Positions 9,138-22,635 of a DNA stretch of 64,000 nucleotides are shown here, piece by piece (the stretch's first letter is position 1; the number at the start of each line of letters is the position of its first letter). Made by a program: the position numbers and the translations under genes. This DNA comes from Leucoraja ocellata (taxonomy: Eukaryota), in assembly GCA_036785375.1 (NCBI GenBank), contig JAWMAR010000065.1, positions 4,960,001 through 5,024,000 of the forward strand, given 5' to 3'. The notes beneath the pieces were generated by a model, which had not been told where the DNA came from, made no database searches, and saw only the letters and a program-made list of their open reading frames with translations.

Positions 9138-11136
9138 CTGTGTAAATCAACAGAACATGAATGAATGAAAGGAAGGGATGGACACATATTTGATATATAA
9201 ACAACATACACAACTATAATATGTCACAATTACTCTTTATTGCTACTGACAATAGAATGATCTTTACACAACAGTCTTAAATGCATGGCAACTATAAAAA
9301 TACAAAATTCATGCTGTATAAATGTTACAAAAACTTTGGTCTAAACCTTTCAATTCTTTTTCTATGCAGCCAACATTTTTATGTCTAATTTTACATTTAA
9401 TAAACAAATCAGAATTTCTGTCTTTCTTCAGATTGAATTTGTGCTACATCAACTTCTTTGCAACCCATCATGAATTGAAAGCAACATAATCATTTCATGT
9501 TAATATAACAATGATATATTCACCATTTTAAAACAGTAAATTGATTTTGGAGTGAATATATTTGTCCAATTGCACAACATGCAAAATGCTATAGTATTAG
9601 CTGATGGGCAGACTTCTTATATTAAGAAATATTATTACATAATATTAAGACCTCTGAAATATTATCAGTGAGCAGCAAAAATATCATTTACAGATAGTAT
9701 ACAAACATAAGACAGTACACCAGGTGAAGCATTTTATAGGACACTAGAGCTTTCAAAACCTCAAGAGTATTATTCTTCATGTGATGAAGTGGTTACATTC
9801 AATTCATTACCTGAAGAGACTTACAAGGGTTCAGAAGTTAATGGACACTATAAAATGTCAATCTATCATAAGGTGATTACTTCCACACTATCTACAAAAT
9901 AGTTGAAATTTGGGTTTAGCTGTTGCATTATTTAATAGATATATCTACATAAGGATATGATAAATAACATTTTATGTTTGATATAAATGCATTATATAGA
10001 TATATAACCATATAATTCTGAAGGAATATATAAATAAAAATTTCCATTGTAAAAACTGAAAATTCTAAACAGTTAATTATGAAAAAATCCTGACTGCTTT
10101 TATGGCTTCAAGCCAGAATATAATGATGTGCATAAACTTGCAGGCCATGTTACGAACAAACTCATTTTTGTTCCATGGTGTCTCTGGGGCTTCTATCACG
10201 TTCACTCTCACTTTATTTCACTGTTGACATGTTTCTGTTAACTGCATGTCATCTGCCTGACTTCGTTTTATGTGCGAGCTGTGGGATGCTTTTTCTCCCC
10301 CTTGCAAAAAAACAGCCTCTTTGAGTTGCAGCTAGTTTGTCATTATTCCCCCTCCTCTCCCTGTGCAGTTGTTATCTCTCATCTTTTCCAAGCTCAATTT
10401 TCCAGAGCTTTCTGAACCACCGCAAACCCACATTATGGTTTATACATGATGCTGATCCCTTTGAAGGCGGCACATTTCAGAGCGGGCCCTAGTCAGGAGA
10501 AGCACCTTCAGCCAATTTACTAGGCTGAGGGGGCCCGAAGCTCTAACATCTCAATCTAACAAGGTCACAGGGTGGCACAAGTGAGTGTCAGCTATTGCTG
10601 TTTAATTGCCAGTCTATGCCTCTCTGCTGTGTTTAAAGTATAATGACCCATCACTTAATTCTAAGAAATCACTGCCCTACTGCTGGATGGAATATATATC
10701 AAAAGGTGTGCTCTGGCAGGGCATGGAGTCTACATTTCCTATGGATGTCATACGAATAATACAGACGTGTTTTTCCATCACCCGACTACCGCACAAACGC
10801 CTTTTGTTCTTTTTCTCCCTCCTTACATCGGAATAACTAATGTATGGCCCTATAGGAAAAACTGCTAAGTTGTTTTAACGATTGCCTTCACGAGTAAGAG
10901 GACCATGTTCCTTCACTGATAATGTGACCCCTATTTGTGGTGGAGGGGTGATGAAGGCGTGGATGGGGGGGGAGAATGAAGGTGGGGGGGGTAGGAGGAG
11001 GAGAGTGGAGGAGGTGCAATCCAAAGTCAGCCACGTAAAACAAGAGACTAGCCTTACGTCTTTCTCTTTCTTGTGCCGAGTATCTATTACTATCACAGCT
11101 GGTGCCTCACCTGACAGGTATACCAATCTATAGGCA

Positions 11137-12718
11137 CAGTGCACTTCATAATGTTTGGGTCAAACACCCATCATTTATTTTTATGCCTCTGTACGCCACA
11201 ATTTGAGATTTGTAATAGAATAAAAAATCACATGTGGTTAAAGTGCACATTGTCAGATTTTATTGAAGAGTATTTTCATACATTTTGGTTTCACCATGTA
11301 GAAATTACAGCTGTGTTTATACATAGTCCGCCCATTTTAGGGCACCATAATGTTTGGGACACATGGCTTTGCAGGTCTTTGTAATTGCTCAGGTGTGTTC
11401 AAATGCCTCCTTAATGCAGGTATAAGAGAGCTCTCAGAGTGTCGATGAAACTCAAAGAAGCCATTATGAGACGGAGAAACAAGAATAAAACTGTTTGAAA
11501 CATCAGCCAAACCTTAGGCTTACCAAAATCAACTGTTTGGAACATCATTTAGAAGAAAGAGAGCACTGGTGAGCATACTAATTGCAAAGGGACTGACAGG
11601 CCAAGGAAGACCTCCACAGCTGATGACAGAAGAATTCTCTCTATGATAAAAAAAATCCTCAAACACCTGTCCGACCAATCAGAAACACTTTTCAGGTGTG
11701 GGGTTGTCAATGTCCGCAGAAGCATTCATGAACATACAGAGGCTACACTGCAAGATGCAAACCACTGGTTAGCTGCAAAAATAGGATTGGCAGATTACTG
11801 TTTGCCAAGAAGTACTTAAAAGAGCAACCACAGTTCTGGTAAAAGGTCTTGAGGACAGATGAGACGAAGATTAACTTATATAGAGTGATGGCAAGAGCAA
11901 AGTATGGAGGAGAGAAGGAACTGCCCAAGATCCAAAGCATACCACCTCATCTGTGAAACACGGTGATGGGGGTGTTATGGTCTGGGCATGTATGGCTGCT
12001 GAAGCTACTGGCTCACTTATCTTCATTGATGATACAACTGCTGATGGGAGTAGCATAATGAATTCTGAAGTATATAGACACATCTTATCTGCTCAAGTTC
12101 AAACAAATGCCTCAAAACTCATTGGCCGGAGGTTCATTCTACAGCAAGACAATGATTCCAAACATGGTTAAAGCAACAAAGGAGTTTTTCAAGGTTAAAA
12201 AATGGTAAATTCTTGAGTGGCCAAGTCAATCACCTGATCTGAACCCAATTGAGCATGCCGTTTATATGCTGAAGAGAAAACTGAAGGGGGTAGCCCACAA
12301 AACAAGCATAAGCTAAAGATGGCTGCAATTCAGGCCTAGCTGAGCATCACCAGAGAAGACACCCAGCAACTGGCGATGTCCATGAATCGCAGACTTCAAG
12401 CAGTCATTGGATGCAAAGGATATGCAACACAATACTGAACATGACTACTTTCATTTGCATGACATTGCTGTGTCCCAAGCATTATGGTGCCCTGAAATGG
12501 GGGGGGGGGGGGGGGGGGGGGGGGAGAGACTATGTATAAACACTGCTGTAATTTCTACATGGTGAAACTAAAACGTATAAAAATGGCCTTTATTAAAACC
12601 AGACAATGTGCACATTAACCACATGTGATTTTTTTTCTATTACAAATCTGAAATTGTGGAGTACAGAGGCAAATAAATAAATGAATGGTCTTTGTCCCAA
12701 ACATTATGGAGAGCACTG
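11137..12718 (+). mobile_element. Full-length Tc1-family DNA transposon (IR/DR type) with degenerate DD34E transposase
   Basis: CAGTG...CACTG termini with TA on the right; long TIRs (about 11137-11363 and 12469-12718), each with two CATAATGTTTGGG(A/T)CA-type direct repeats; transposase motifs DETKINL, KHGDGGVMVWACM, QQDNDSKH, SPDLNPIEH with stops and frameshifts. Confidence 0.95.
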
Positions 12719-15700
12719 TATAACCAATGTATAGGTATATCCGATAGGTATATCAATGTTAAAAAAGTAATTTTGAACATTGCTAACACATTCTTTTTTA
12801 TCCTGGTATTCCACAACAAATATTTTTGCTGTTCTGCTAAACAACTGGATTGTTTTTGTGTTTAAAGTATCTTAATTTGTCCTGCCCCTATCAAAAGCTG
12901 TGCTTTCACAAATGCATCTACTTAGTCTCCAGAGATGGCAAGCCTTGCTAATAATCTATGCTAATTTAATTAACAACTATCATCAAAATGCATTAGCTGT
13001 TTCAGCCCATCAGGAAAGTCTAACCCTCCACCAATTAAATTAGCTGAACTCTAAATCAGATAAACAGAAAATAAACCCATCATTAGGAGCAATTAGCGAT
13101 TGCTTAAATACAGTGCCATGGAGTAGTTTGTAAATATACTTGTAGCCACTGGGAAATTAGCTGGTACTACAATAATTGGGACTGTGCTGTACAGTCAGAG
13201 CCCCTATCAAAACAGTAGCTTCCAGAGTGCTGAACATCAGTCTCCAACAGCTTTGATGTGTCATCATTTACCACTTCCTTTGATTAGTTTATTTTGTTTG
13301 TGTTTATAGTATGTGTATGGACATTAATATTGTACGGAGTGGTGGGACCTGGTGTGGAACTGCTGATATGCTGTAAACCTCAATAGAGAAATGTTATCCA
13401 GCATGGCAGCTACTACAGCTAGTTAAAATTAGGCACAGATTTACAATGTCTCATAACTTTTTTATTTCACCTTCAGTATTGCTAAATACCTATTTAAATT
13501 TTACACAGCTAGCTGGCACAATTAATCTTGTTAAAATTATTGCATTTTTCCATTACTATGGCCTCATTATTGCTACAATATAAGTTTACCAATTCCATAA
13601 TTATATCCAAGCTTGGAGGCATAATTTGTCGTTTTGGGCTCCATATTCCAGGGCTAAATGAGAGTTCCACATAGGGCTGGATGTTCTCAATTACACAGTT
13701 TAATGATGCAAGCCAAGAAGTTTTGCTTTATTTCTATCTAAAACTATATTGGGGATTTTTTTAATGAATTGAACATTTGTTTGATTCCTTATTATGTTAT
13801 CTATAGAGTGGTTTGTTTACAGACCTGTTACACTGCTGCAAGGAAGAATTGCATTGGTCCGTTTTGGTACACATGGCAATTAAACACTCTTGACTCATGA
13901 GCGGCAAGAGTAATAGAAAATCAAATCGGTAAAGGCAATGACTGCAATAGTGATAGATTCATTGTAAGCACATATATAATGGAGGACCTCAATGAATCAA
14001 ATTCCTGGAGTGATACTGCTGTTGCAGTTACTCATGAACCCTGGATTTTATGCTCTCTGAAAATTCACATTTAACATTCGTTTGGGCTTCATGTTAGAAG
14101 GTAACAGTGGATGTAAGTTTAGCAGTTCCTCTTGTCTGCACATTTAGCACCTGATCTAAGCATGGTATTGGGTAAGCCACAGCTCATTTCCACCACTGGG
14201 CCCTCTATTAAGTGCTTATAATATGGTGATTCTAATTCATAATATTTAGTCTTAGCCTCAAAAGACAACTAAAAATATAGTCAGTGAGCTGTTGAGGTAG
14301 GATTCTGTAAACATTTTACAGACTGTTGGCTTTGTTACGACAAAGCTTTGCCCTTTAGTTGATATAAGCCAGCCAAATGACACACAGATTGGGTGAAGAA
14401 TGTGACTACAATAAGCTTGTGTTTATGTATCATGATGACAATACACATTTAAGAGCATGCCATCTTGATAATTCTGCCTGTTCCACTTGTTAACTCCTTA
14501 GATGGCTCCAGGTGTTTAGGGACACAATACATAGGTCAGGACCACTGAGGTGTTACACAGCACAAACTAATAGAAGGCATAAAAGGATGGCCAAATGGAT
14601 AGTTCTGAACCTAATTTAATTCCTAATCTAATCTTTCAATACTTGAATTGACACTGAGAATGTGTTGTACAGGCCTGGTCAAGGACATGTAATAGCTTTT
14701 AACAGCCTGCTTTTATTACGGAGCAGATTCCAAAGGAAATGGTTTTACTCTGATTAGGTTGCAAACAGGTCTGAAGTCACATGACAGCTTGCTTCCAGAT
14801 CAACGATAAACCAACTACAGAGTCAAAACTCCATGCAGTTCAAAGGTTGTGATTGCTTCTGGCTGCATACACTCCATAATATAGTTGATTTATTCCACTG
14901 TGCCCCAATGTGAAAACCACCCATGAGGGCTGGGCTAACACCACTTTTAAAGGAGATGCACCACATACAAGGAAGCACATGTGCTTCCTTATTTATTTAT
15001 ACAACTTAGCCATTAAAAGCACTTTCGCAGCAGTAAAAGGGTAGTAGTTAGCTAAACTGAACAAAATATTAAGAACAGACCCACATCAGAAAGAACGATG
15101 TGATTAGGTAATTGTGAAAACCGACTCTCTGGAGCTGGTAGTATGTAAACACCTATTCTACAACTAACATGTCAGGCTCAGGGACAAAACAACGGGACAA
15201 CTCAGAGGTGAATGCTGGCGAGTTCGGAATCTTGCCAACAGATAACAGAAACATGAGAAATAAAAGGGTCAGTGATTGAACTTGATTCTCAATGAGAAAT
15301 TGTTCTATTTTTACCTCACATTTATTTGCAAATTTTCATTTTGCTGTCTATTATTTATCGGCTTCCAAATGCAAACTTTTCGATAACTCAAACCACTTTC
15401 TAACCCAAATTTCCTAAATTTGTGCAAGCCCAATGCAATAATTTCTCTTCAGAGAGAAAAAATATAGCCAAGGAACTCATCATTTAGAATAATACTGTAA
15501 TCATGAAAGTGACTTGGGTTGGTTATAGTCACTATTTTGAATGTCCCATTTTAGAGATCTGCCTTGCTGGCAATATTATGGATGCTGTTTTTTTCCCCCT
15601 CATTACTCTGTGCCAAAGAAGGGATAGGTAACAGCACCAACCAATTTTGATTGCTTGTCCGTAGGAAGCTTAAAAAACACATAACTTCACATTTTAAATT

Positions 15701-17106
15701 GAAGAACTTCTCAGCAACCGATGTCCATGAATCACATTGGTCATCAGCTGACTTGCCAACAACTTCCACCAAAATAATAAGTTTATGCTCTATTTTAAGC
15801 CAATTGCACAGAAAGTTGCAAATAAATCTCTTCCCCATCTGCACCTTAAAGCTGTGCAACCAATTGTTGGGTGGCAAAAATGTTTAAGAATTCATTTACT
15901 TTTTGTGCTGACAGAATCAATTATTTATTGTTCCTGAGTCAGTGCCAAATTTAAGTGGAAAATAATGTGCATGGGCAAAATTAAGTCAACAAGGCTCCAA
16001 GCTTATCAAAAATAAAGACTGGTTTCATTCCAGCTGGAACCAGATCTCAAGCGGAGACAAGAGTTTAAGCCCTACCCATGTCTGCACCACAGACTCCTGT
16101 GTCCCCAACAACTTCAGGTCACACTACCCAAACCGTATATGGAGAGGAACAAGTTGTTGTGGAGGGTAAGTGTGGAGGGGAATGACAAACTTGAATTTTG
16201 AGATATGTTAGCTAAAGATCTACCAAGATCCCAAAATACATAAGCAATTAAGAGATGCAGATGTCTATTGAGTGGAACTAATCTCGGTGAATATTTCACA
16301 ATGTCTCCCCTTCCGTAAGCGCCCAAAGACCCTCATTTTGACCACGTCTAATGAAGTGTTGGCTGGTAACTGCTGTAAATGCCTACTTTTGAACATTAAT
16401 GTCTATGATGTGAATGTACATTGTGTCTCTTACACTGCTGCCTATTGGCTCAATGGAAAGAACTGCAAGCCTCCAAGTGGAAGAGCACACATCCGATTAC
16501 TACTTTTTCAGTAATTCCATGTTAAAGTGGCCTTTAACCTGTGATGCAAGAATGAAGATTATTGCTCTCTGAACTGACTTACTAGGGCTCAAGTAGCGAT
16601 AAGTGACTTTGCCCACTGGGTATAATAAATATTAACTGCATTTTGATGTCTGCAAGTGCTAAAACATTGTCCCTCGGGCTCCAACATTGATGCAAAGTGC
16701 GTAATAATTGCGGCACGCTCTTGACACTTCCATATTCCCTTGAGGACAATATTTTACCACTTACAGTCTTGAAAAGCAGTCAATATTTGTGTACATTATA
16801 AATGACCTCCTCTCACAATAATACTGCAGCAAAGGCTCCATCCCATACTTGCAGCTTCATTCATGGTGTGTTATTTACTTATGGAATGACTTTCAGCTTG
16901 TTTGTTTTCCACAAAATCAATGTAAGTGCCACATGGTAAATGTTTATTCAGAAACAAGGCACAAAGTTAGAAATGGCAATGCATGGCCTCACTGAACAAA
17001 AGCCAATGGCAAACTGATTAAACAAGTGTAATTGAGAAAATGGCTTTAGGTTATTGGCTTGAAATAAAAAATAAGAGCTTATTGCCCCCAAACCAAATGT
17101 ACCCAC

Positions 17107-17193
17107 CTTGACATGGAAGCATTGACGGTGAGTGCAGTGGGATAAGGGTGCCGAAACCCCCCTGTTGTGATCGGGTAAACTGGTTGACCTTGC
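17107..17193 (-). CDS. tcf7l2: TCF7L2 exon 8 (87 nt): QGQPVYPITTGGFRHPYPTALTVNASMS(R/S)
   Basis: Acceptor tttttcag|G, donor AAG|gtgggt; peptide seen in ORF 17079..17303. Confidence 0.97.
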
Positions 17194-17803
17194 CTGAAAA
17201 AGAAAAAGAGAGAAAAAAAAATAACTGGAAACTTCTGCTCTTGTGAGCTTGCTCTCATTTGAACCAGAACAAAAAATGTTGTTGATTGCACAGCCAGGAT
17301 CAAAGGACGTAAATAAAGAACAATTTTAATGTGCTAAATCTGATAGAACCAGCTAATTAAATTTTATAACGTCTGCTAATGTCAACAGAGACCTTCTCCC
17401 CAAGCTAAAGCTAGGTGTTTTGTTGTGATAATTAAAGACGATGCAGCATTTGCTTTAATGGAGCCATCACAATAATTGAGGGCTACAGATCCAAAGGAAA
17501 ACAATAATGAATGTAAATTTATACCAAAATAAAATACATCAAATCAAAGAGCCGCTGTTCTGCTTTGGGCCTCTTTTGGTATTTAGAACTCAGTAAGAAA
17601 ACATTAAATTAACAGTCCTTAATTTGTAGCCTTTTGTCATAGTAACCAGGCTTGGCAGCTGTTGCCAAGGGAGAAGTCCAAATAAATATGTGGGTACCCA
17701 GTAGCCAATCACAGCTCATTACAATAATTGGACAATACAGTAACATACAAAATTCTACAAGAATTAAAGGAATAAAAAGAAAAAAAGAAATGGAACTGCT
17801 TAC

Positions 17804-17906
17804 TGTGGTACTAACCATCCTAGTGGATGGGGGATTTGGCCGACTGCGCCAGGTGAGAGTGGGTAATATGGAGAGATGTCTGAAGGATGTGGAGGTCTAG
17901 GAATAC
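17804..17906 (-). CDS. tcf7l2: TCF7L2 exon 7 (103 nt; 91 nt with proximal donor): (G)[33 protein letters not shown](Q)
   Basis: Acceptor ttcctag|GT; two donors, TG|gttagt (exon end 17816) and CA|gtaagc (exon end 17804), give the known +/-LVPQ alternative splice. Confidence 0.96.
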
Positions 17907-18609
17907 CTAGGAAGAAAAACAAAATGCAACAAAATTATTTCACAAAAGTGTAAGGTACTAAAAAATCCGTAACATTTATTTGCGTGGATACGCCATTGCT
18001 CATTTACTTTCATGTGTCCAATTATGCCAACCAATAAATTAAGATTGCAAGTCAACCTTTCAACAATCTATGTCTGAGACATAATTATTTGTTACAGCTC
18101 AACATTTTTTTTTCATTTTTTTTATTTTTTAAAGAGTTGTAATGTTTCTCTAATTCTTAAGCTCAAAGGCAACCTACTTCTGTGCCCGACTAACACAACA
18201 TTCAATTAGAAGATAAAATGCAATTATATTGCATCTTTGATACATTTGACATAGTTTTAAGGAATCACCAGGCTCTTCAGAATTGTGGACAAACTTTCAC
18301 ACAAATCTGAATCGAACATATTCCCACAAAACAAGGTAGTTTCCTTTGATCTTTGCCACAGCATTTAGCTTTTGAAATCAAGTCTACAGGAATTCATTTA
18401 GCACTTCTGCAAACTATCTTTAAAAAATGTGTACCTTTATCACTTTCTATTACACAATTGGACTCCCACAAGCCTCATTCTTGTATGTAATTCACTTCAT
18501 GGGTTCTCTAAAAGAGACTTTTATCAGCTCCAGCCCAACACATGGAATACTCGGTGAGCTGGCTGCAACTAGCCCAGGAATTAGATTGCACCCCTCTTTG
18601 GTGCATTTA

Positions 18610-18847
18610 GTTTCACACAGAGAGCTGTGAATCTGTGGAATTCTCTGCCTCAGAAGGCAGTGGAGGCCAATTCTCTGGATGCTTTCAAGAGAGAGTTAGA
18701 TAGAGCCCTTTAAGATAGCATAGTCATGGGATATGGGGAGAAGGCAGGAACAAGGTACTGATTCTGGATGATCAGCCGTGATCACAGTGAATGGCGGTGC
18801 TGGCTCGAAGGGCCGAATGGCTTACTCCTGCACCTATTGTCTATTGC
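18610..18847 (+). mobile_element. CR1-type LINE 3' end
   Basis: gtgaatctgtggaattctctgcctcagaaggcagtggaggcc...gggccgaatggcttactcctgcacctattgtctattg. Confidence 0.9.
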
Positions 18848-20219
18848 CTTAAAAAAAGGTGGTTAATTTGCCATAACATCAAATGGGTGGTATTTTTTAA
18901 AAAGCAGTCACTAATTTGGGACACCACACTTTAAAAACTTGGTTTCATGGTTTTCTTCCGTTAAAATCAAATCACACTTTTACCAATAGCTGCCATTTCA
19001 ACTCCCACTCAGAGAATGTGGGTGGAAATAGTCATAGCTGGAGGGAGAGCAAGTTGTGGAGAGGCAAGAGAAACAGTGTTGGGGACTGCCCACCTCCACT
19101 CTACACAGCAGAGATGCCCAGCCAGAATTAAACCATGTCCCTTCAAGGACCCTTCAGTCTGGTTTCTGGCCATGTTCTCTCTGGTTTGTAGTACATGGAC
19201 CATAAAGGCCATGAGTTGTAATTGATGCTATAACTATCAGGGAGTATGAAAAAAATGTGCTGTGTACGTTTAAGGCATCATCGCATACAAGATAGAAGCA
19301 ATGACTATCAGGGGCACAATTTCTCTGTCCAATTTGCCAATGGGCTGGGCAGGTGCCGGAAAGAGGCAAATACCAAAATAACTTACACTTTTAAAACTAA
19401 AAGATGCAGTTGTTTCTCCCTGTAATCCACATTTTTGGCTTCCACTTAATTATCAATAACATTTAAAATTAGCCTTTATTTCAAATACGTAGTGGACTAT
19501 AACTACCTTAAGTCACTTGGGGCTTGCTTTTCACAGCCTGCATTAATATAGGATTTTTTCCCCCTCCTTACCCTCATTATTTTGAGTCCCACGGCTCTAC
19601 TAACATCGTATCTTGTTGGCAGCATATCCAATGACTCGTCTCTACATGCAACACAAATGCCAATCCTTCTCCACGATTGGGACATCATATTCCCCTTTCC
19701 GACTCGCATACCACTCCTCAATTAATCCCCTCTTTCACACCCCATTCCTAGAGGTGCTGCCACATTCTCTGTGTCTATGTTATTTGGTTATCTGTTGTAG
19801 TACTTTAATTGTCTTTTGCACTATAATTTTTGCACATGTTGTTGCGTTTATCATTACAGTATGCATACCGTTACTCTGTGAGCTTTATGTGAACAGGGAA
19901 TGCCATTGCATCCTGGTGTATACAAAAATAAACTAGTCTGAAGCTTTGCTACAGTGGAGAAAAAAAACTTTTCATTAACCATATATCATTCTTAATTTGA
20001 TGCCATTCAAATCCTGCCCGCCATTACTGCATTTTTATACTCATTTGTTTTTAAATGTGTGCATAGCACATTAAAATTATTCGAGTACATCACATGATTA
20101 GATGCAAAACCAAGCCTAAATTTGCTGATGACACCTGTCTGGAGCCACAGATTCACAAGTACCATTGTCTAAATGGCTTCACAACTTTGTAATCAGTTCC
20201 ACTTCCAAAAAAGCATCTT

Positions 20220-20600
20220 AATAAAATATCATGGAACAGTATCTCATCTTACAACAGGACACACTCCTGTTGAACTCACAACGTTCATTCAATTCAGGTA
20301 GTAATTCCACTATTCCCAATTACCCATCTTCTGAATGCACCTCTTTATCCCCCCCCCACCCCCCCCCCCCCCCCCCCGAGTTAAACCATTTAATTTCAAT
20401 CCCTCCAACTCTTCTTTTTACCTCCTCCCACCTGTCCACCTATATTGCCTCCAATTTTTCTGCCCTACTCTGATGAAAGGTCATCAACATGAAGTGTTAG
20501 CTGTATTTCCCCCTCTACTATCTTGCCTGACCAGCTGTTTATTGACAGCATTTTCAATTTGAATTTCAGATTTCTAGCTAGCAATATTTTGTTTTTAGAA
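20220..20600 (+). mobile_element. Penelope-like element 3' remnant
   Basis: EQYLILQQDTL resembles the GIY-YIG C-terminal EQHLIFRLGTL motif; pyrimidine-rich tail followed by a degenerate ctgatgaaaggtc core. Confidence 0.45.
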
Positions 20601-20656
20601 ACGCACAGAAAAAGGACAGAAAATGGAGGAAACATTCAGCAGGTCAGGCAGCATCT

Positions 20657-20968
20657 GGCAATGGGGTGGAACAGCGGCAGAGTTTCTGCCTTACAGTGCC
20701 AGAGAGTCCCGGGTTTGATCCCGACTCCCCTTGCTGTCTGTATGGAGTTTGTATGTTCTCCCTGTGTCCATGTGGGTTTTCTCCTGGTGCTCCGGTTTCC
20801 TCCCACACTCCAAAGACGCACAGGTTTGTAGTTTAATCGTCTTTGGTAAAATTGTAAATTGTCCCCAGTGTACAGGATAGTGCTAGTTAGTGTATGGGGT
20901 GATCGCTGGTCGACGTGTGCTCAGTGGGCCAAAGGGCCCGTTTCCACGCTGTATTTCGAAAGTCTAAA
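20657..20968 (+). mobile_element. tRNA-derived V-SINE (HE1-like), full length
   Basis: tRNA-like head with B-box-like gggtttgatccc, V-domain ctccggtttcctcccacactccaaagac, CR1-derived tail gggccaaagggcccgtttccacgctgtat. Confidence 0.85.
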
Positions 20969-22635
20969 ACTATGAGAGAGAAACAGGTTTAACTTTTCAG
21001 GTCAGAGACCCTTCCTGTTGTCTGTTGTGAGTATTTACCATTTTTATTTCAGATTTCCAGCATCTACAATACTTATTAACATGAAGTTGCTTTTCAAATG
21101 ATTTCTTTCACATTACAATTAACTTGGCTGCCATAGACTAAAGACTGGCATCAGACTAAATACCCCTCTGTAACAGGTTGACACTCCAACTAAGTTACCT
21201 CTAATATCAAGCCACATTACCACGGAAAAGTCTGAATTGTGCAAAACATTGAACATTTGCAAAACAGCAGCAAATCCGTTGCACAATTCACGTTAAGGTA
21301 TGGAAATAGGACAAACAAAATCAAGGAATCTGGGACCCAGAGGTTTGGCAAGAAAATTAGAACTACATACTTATTGGACAAGTAGTACAATGCCAAATGC
21401 TATCCCATGATGAGTATCCCCAATCAATTCCTTGCACTGAATCAGATTTTATCAAGTTATAAAATGATTCCCTCTAATTATTATTTAACCCTTCTGCATT
21501 GTCAAGGATCTAAAATACCCCAGGTTTGCTACATATCGTGCACCATACACTATCAAATGTTTTAATTCACATACTGTGCATCGTTAGCTATTAAGACTGT
21601 GCATTGTACACTATCAAGTTACTTGATTTACACATTGTGCGCTATGAAGCTGTTTATGTCCCCCCCCCCCCCAAACAAATCCCTGTGCCTAAGAAAGGGT
21701 CAACAAGTGAAATAAACCACATTTTCCCCACAAACAATTCAGCATCCTCCACTCGTGTGGTATTATTAAACAGCACAATTTGTAACATGGTAATGTTCAC
21801 CTGGGTGCAGCCAGGGCAGTCAAGGCCACATGAGGCCAGAATAAATGTTCGAAATTCAATTTGACAGCCCCTGTGCAGTGTTAATTATTGATATGAAAAC
21901 TGTTAGGGCACTTATTTATCATGCAGGCAGAAAATGGCTTAATTAGTTGCAACAAATGATGGTTTCCCTCTCTGGAGTTTTCATTTAAAGCCACAATATA
22001 CATTTTACAATGCCTCCACAGTAGCTGTCTTGTGTGTCATTAAATTTAAGATTATGATTTAATCATTCTCAGCCTGGAGTTGATCTTTTTTTAAAGCAGA
22101 AAGAAATGTGAAAAGAAGCATGTCTGTGAAAGGAAAATGTATGTTGGCAAGGTTGGGATAAAAGAACCAGCGAGCGAGAAAACATATGGGGTGAGCTGCA
22201 TCATAACGGGGAGGTTTTAACTAGATTAAAGCAGCTTCCTCCATGGCCCAGGGGAATTAGACGATGCTTACTGTGGTACAGAGTCACAGGCAATCAAGTT
22301 GAAAGTCTCAGTCTTGCCTTAGTTTCAGGGGAGCAATGGACACGTGCTACCAGTTCTCCTCAAAAGTCCCACTGTGGGCTGGCGCTAATCAGCCAGCAGT
22401 ATTTCCCGGGATCACCATCCAATGATCCCGGCTGGCAAGTAAATGTGAACAATGGAGAATAGGATCAGCCTCAATTGTGACATGCCACAAATCGAAATGT
22501 CTACCATCCAGTCACATGCAGAAGGAATATTCATTTGAGCAAGTATTATCTGGCCAACGATAACTAAAAGGGATATGGAGGAGGATAGTGAACCCAAAAC
22601 CACTGTTTATGAACAATGGCTCCTTGAAGCATCAG

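Noticed and set aside
20349-20377. Long C homopolymer (also at about 21660 and 53900) as a G-quadruplex element
   Set aside because: Simple slippage runs, one within a TE tail, and length is unreliable in assemblies
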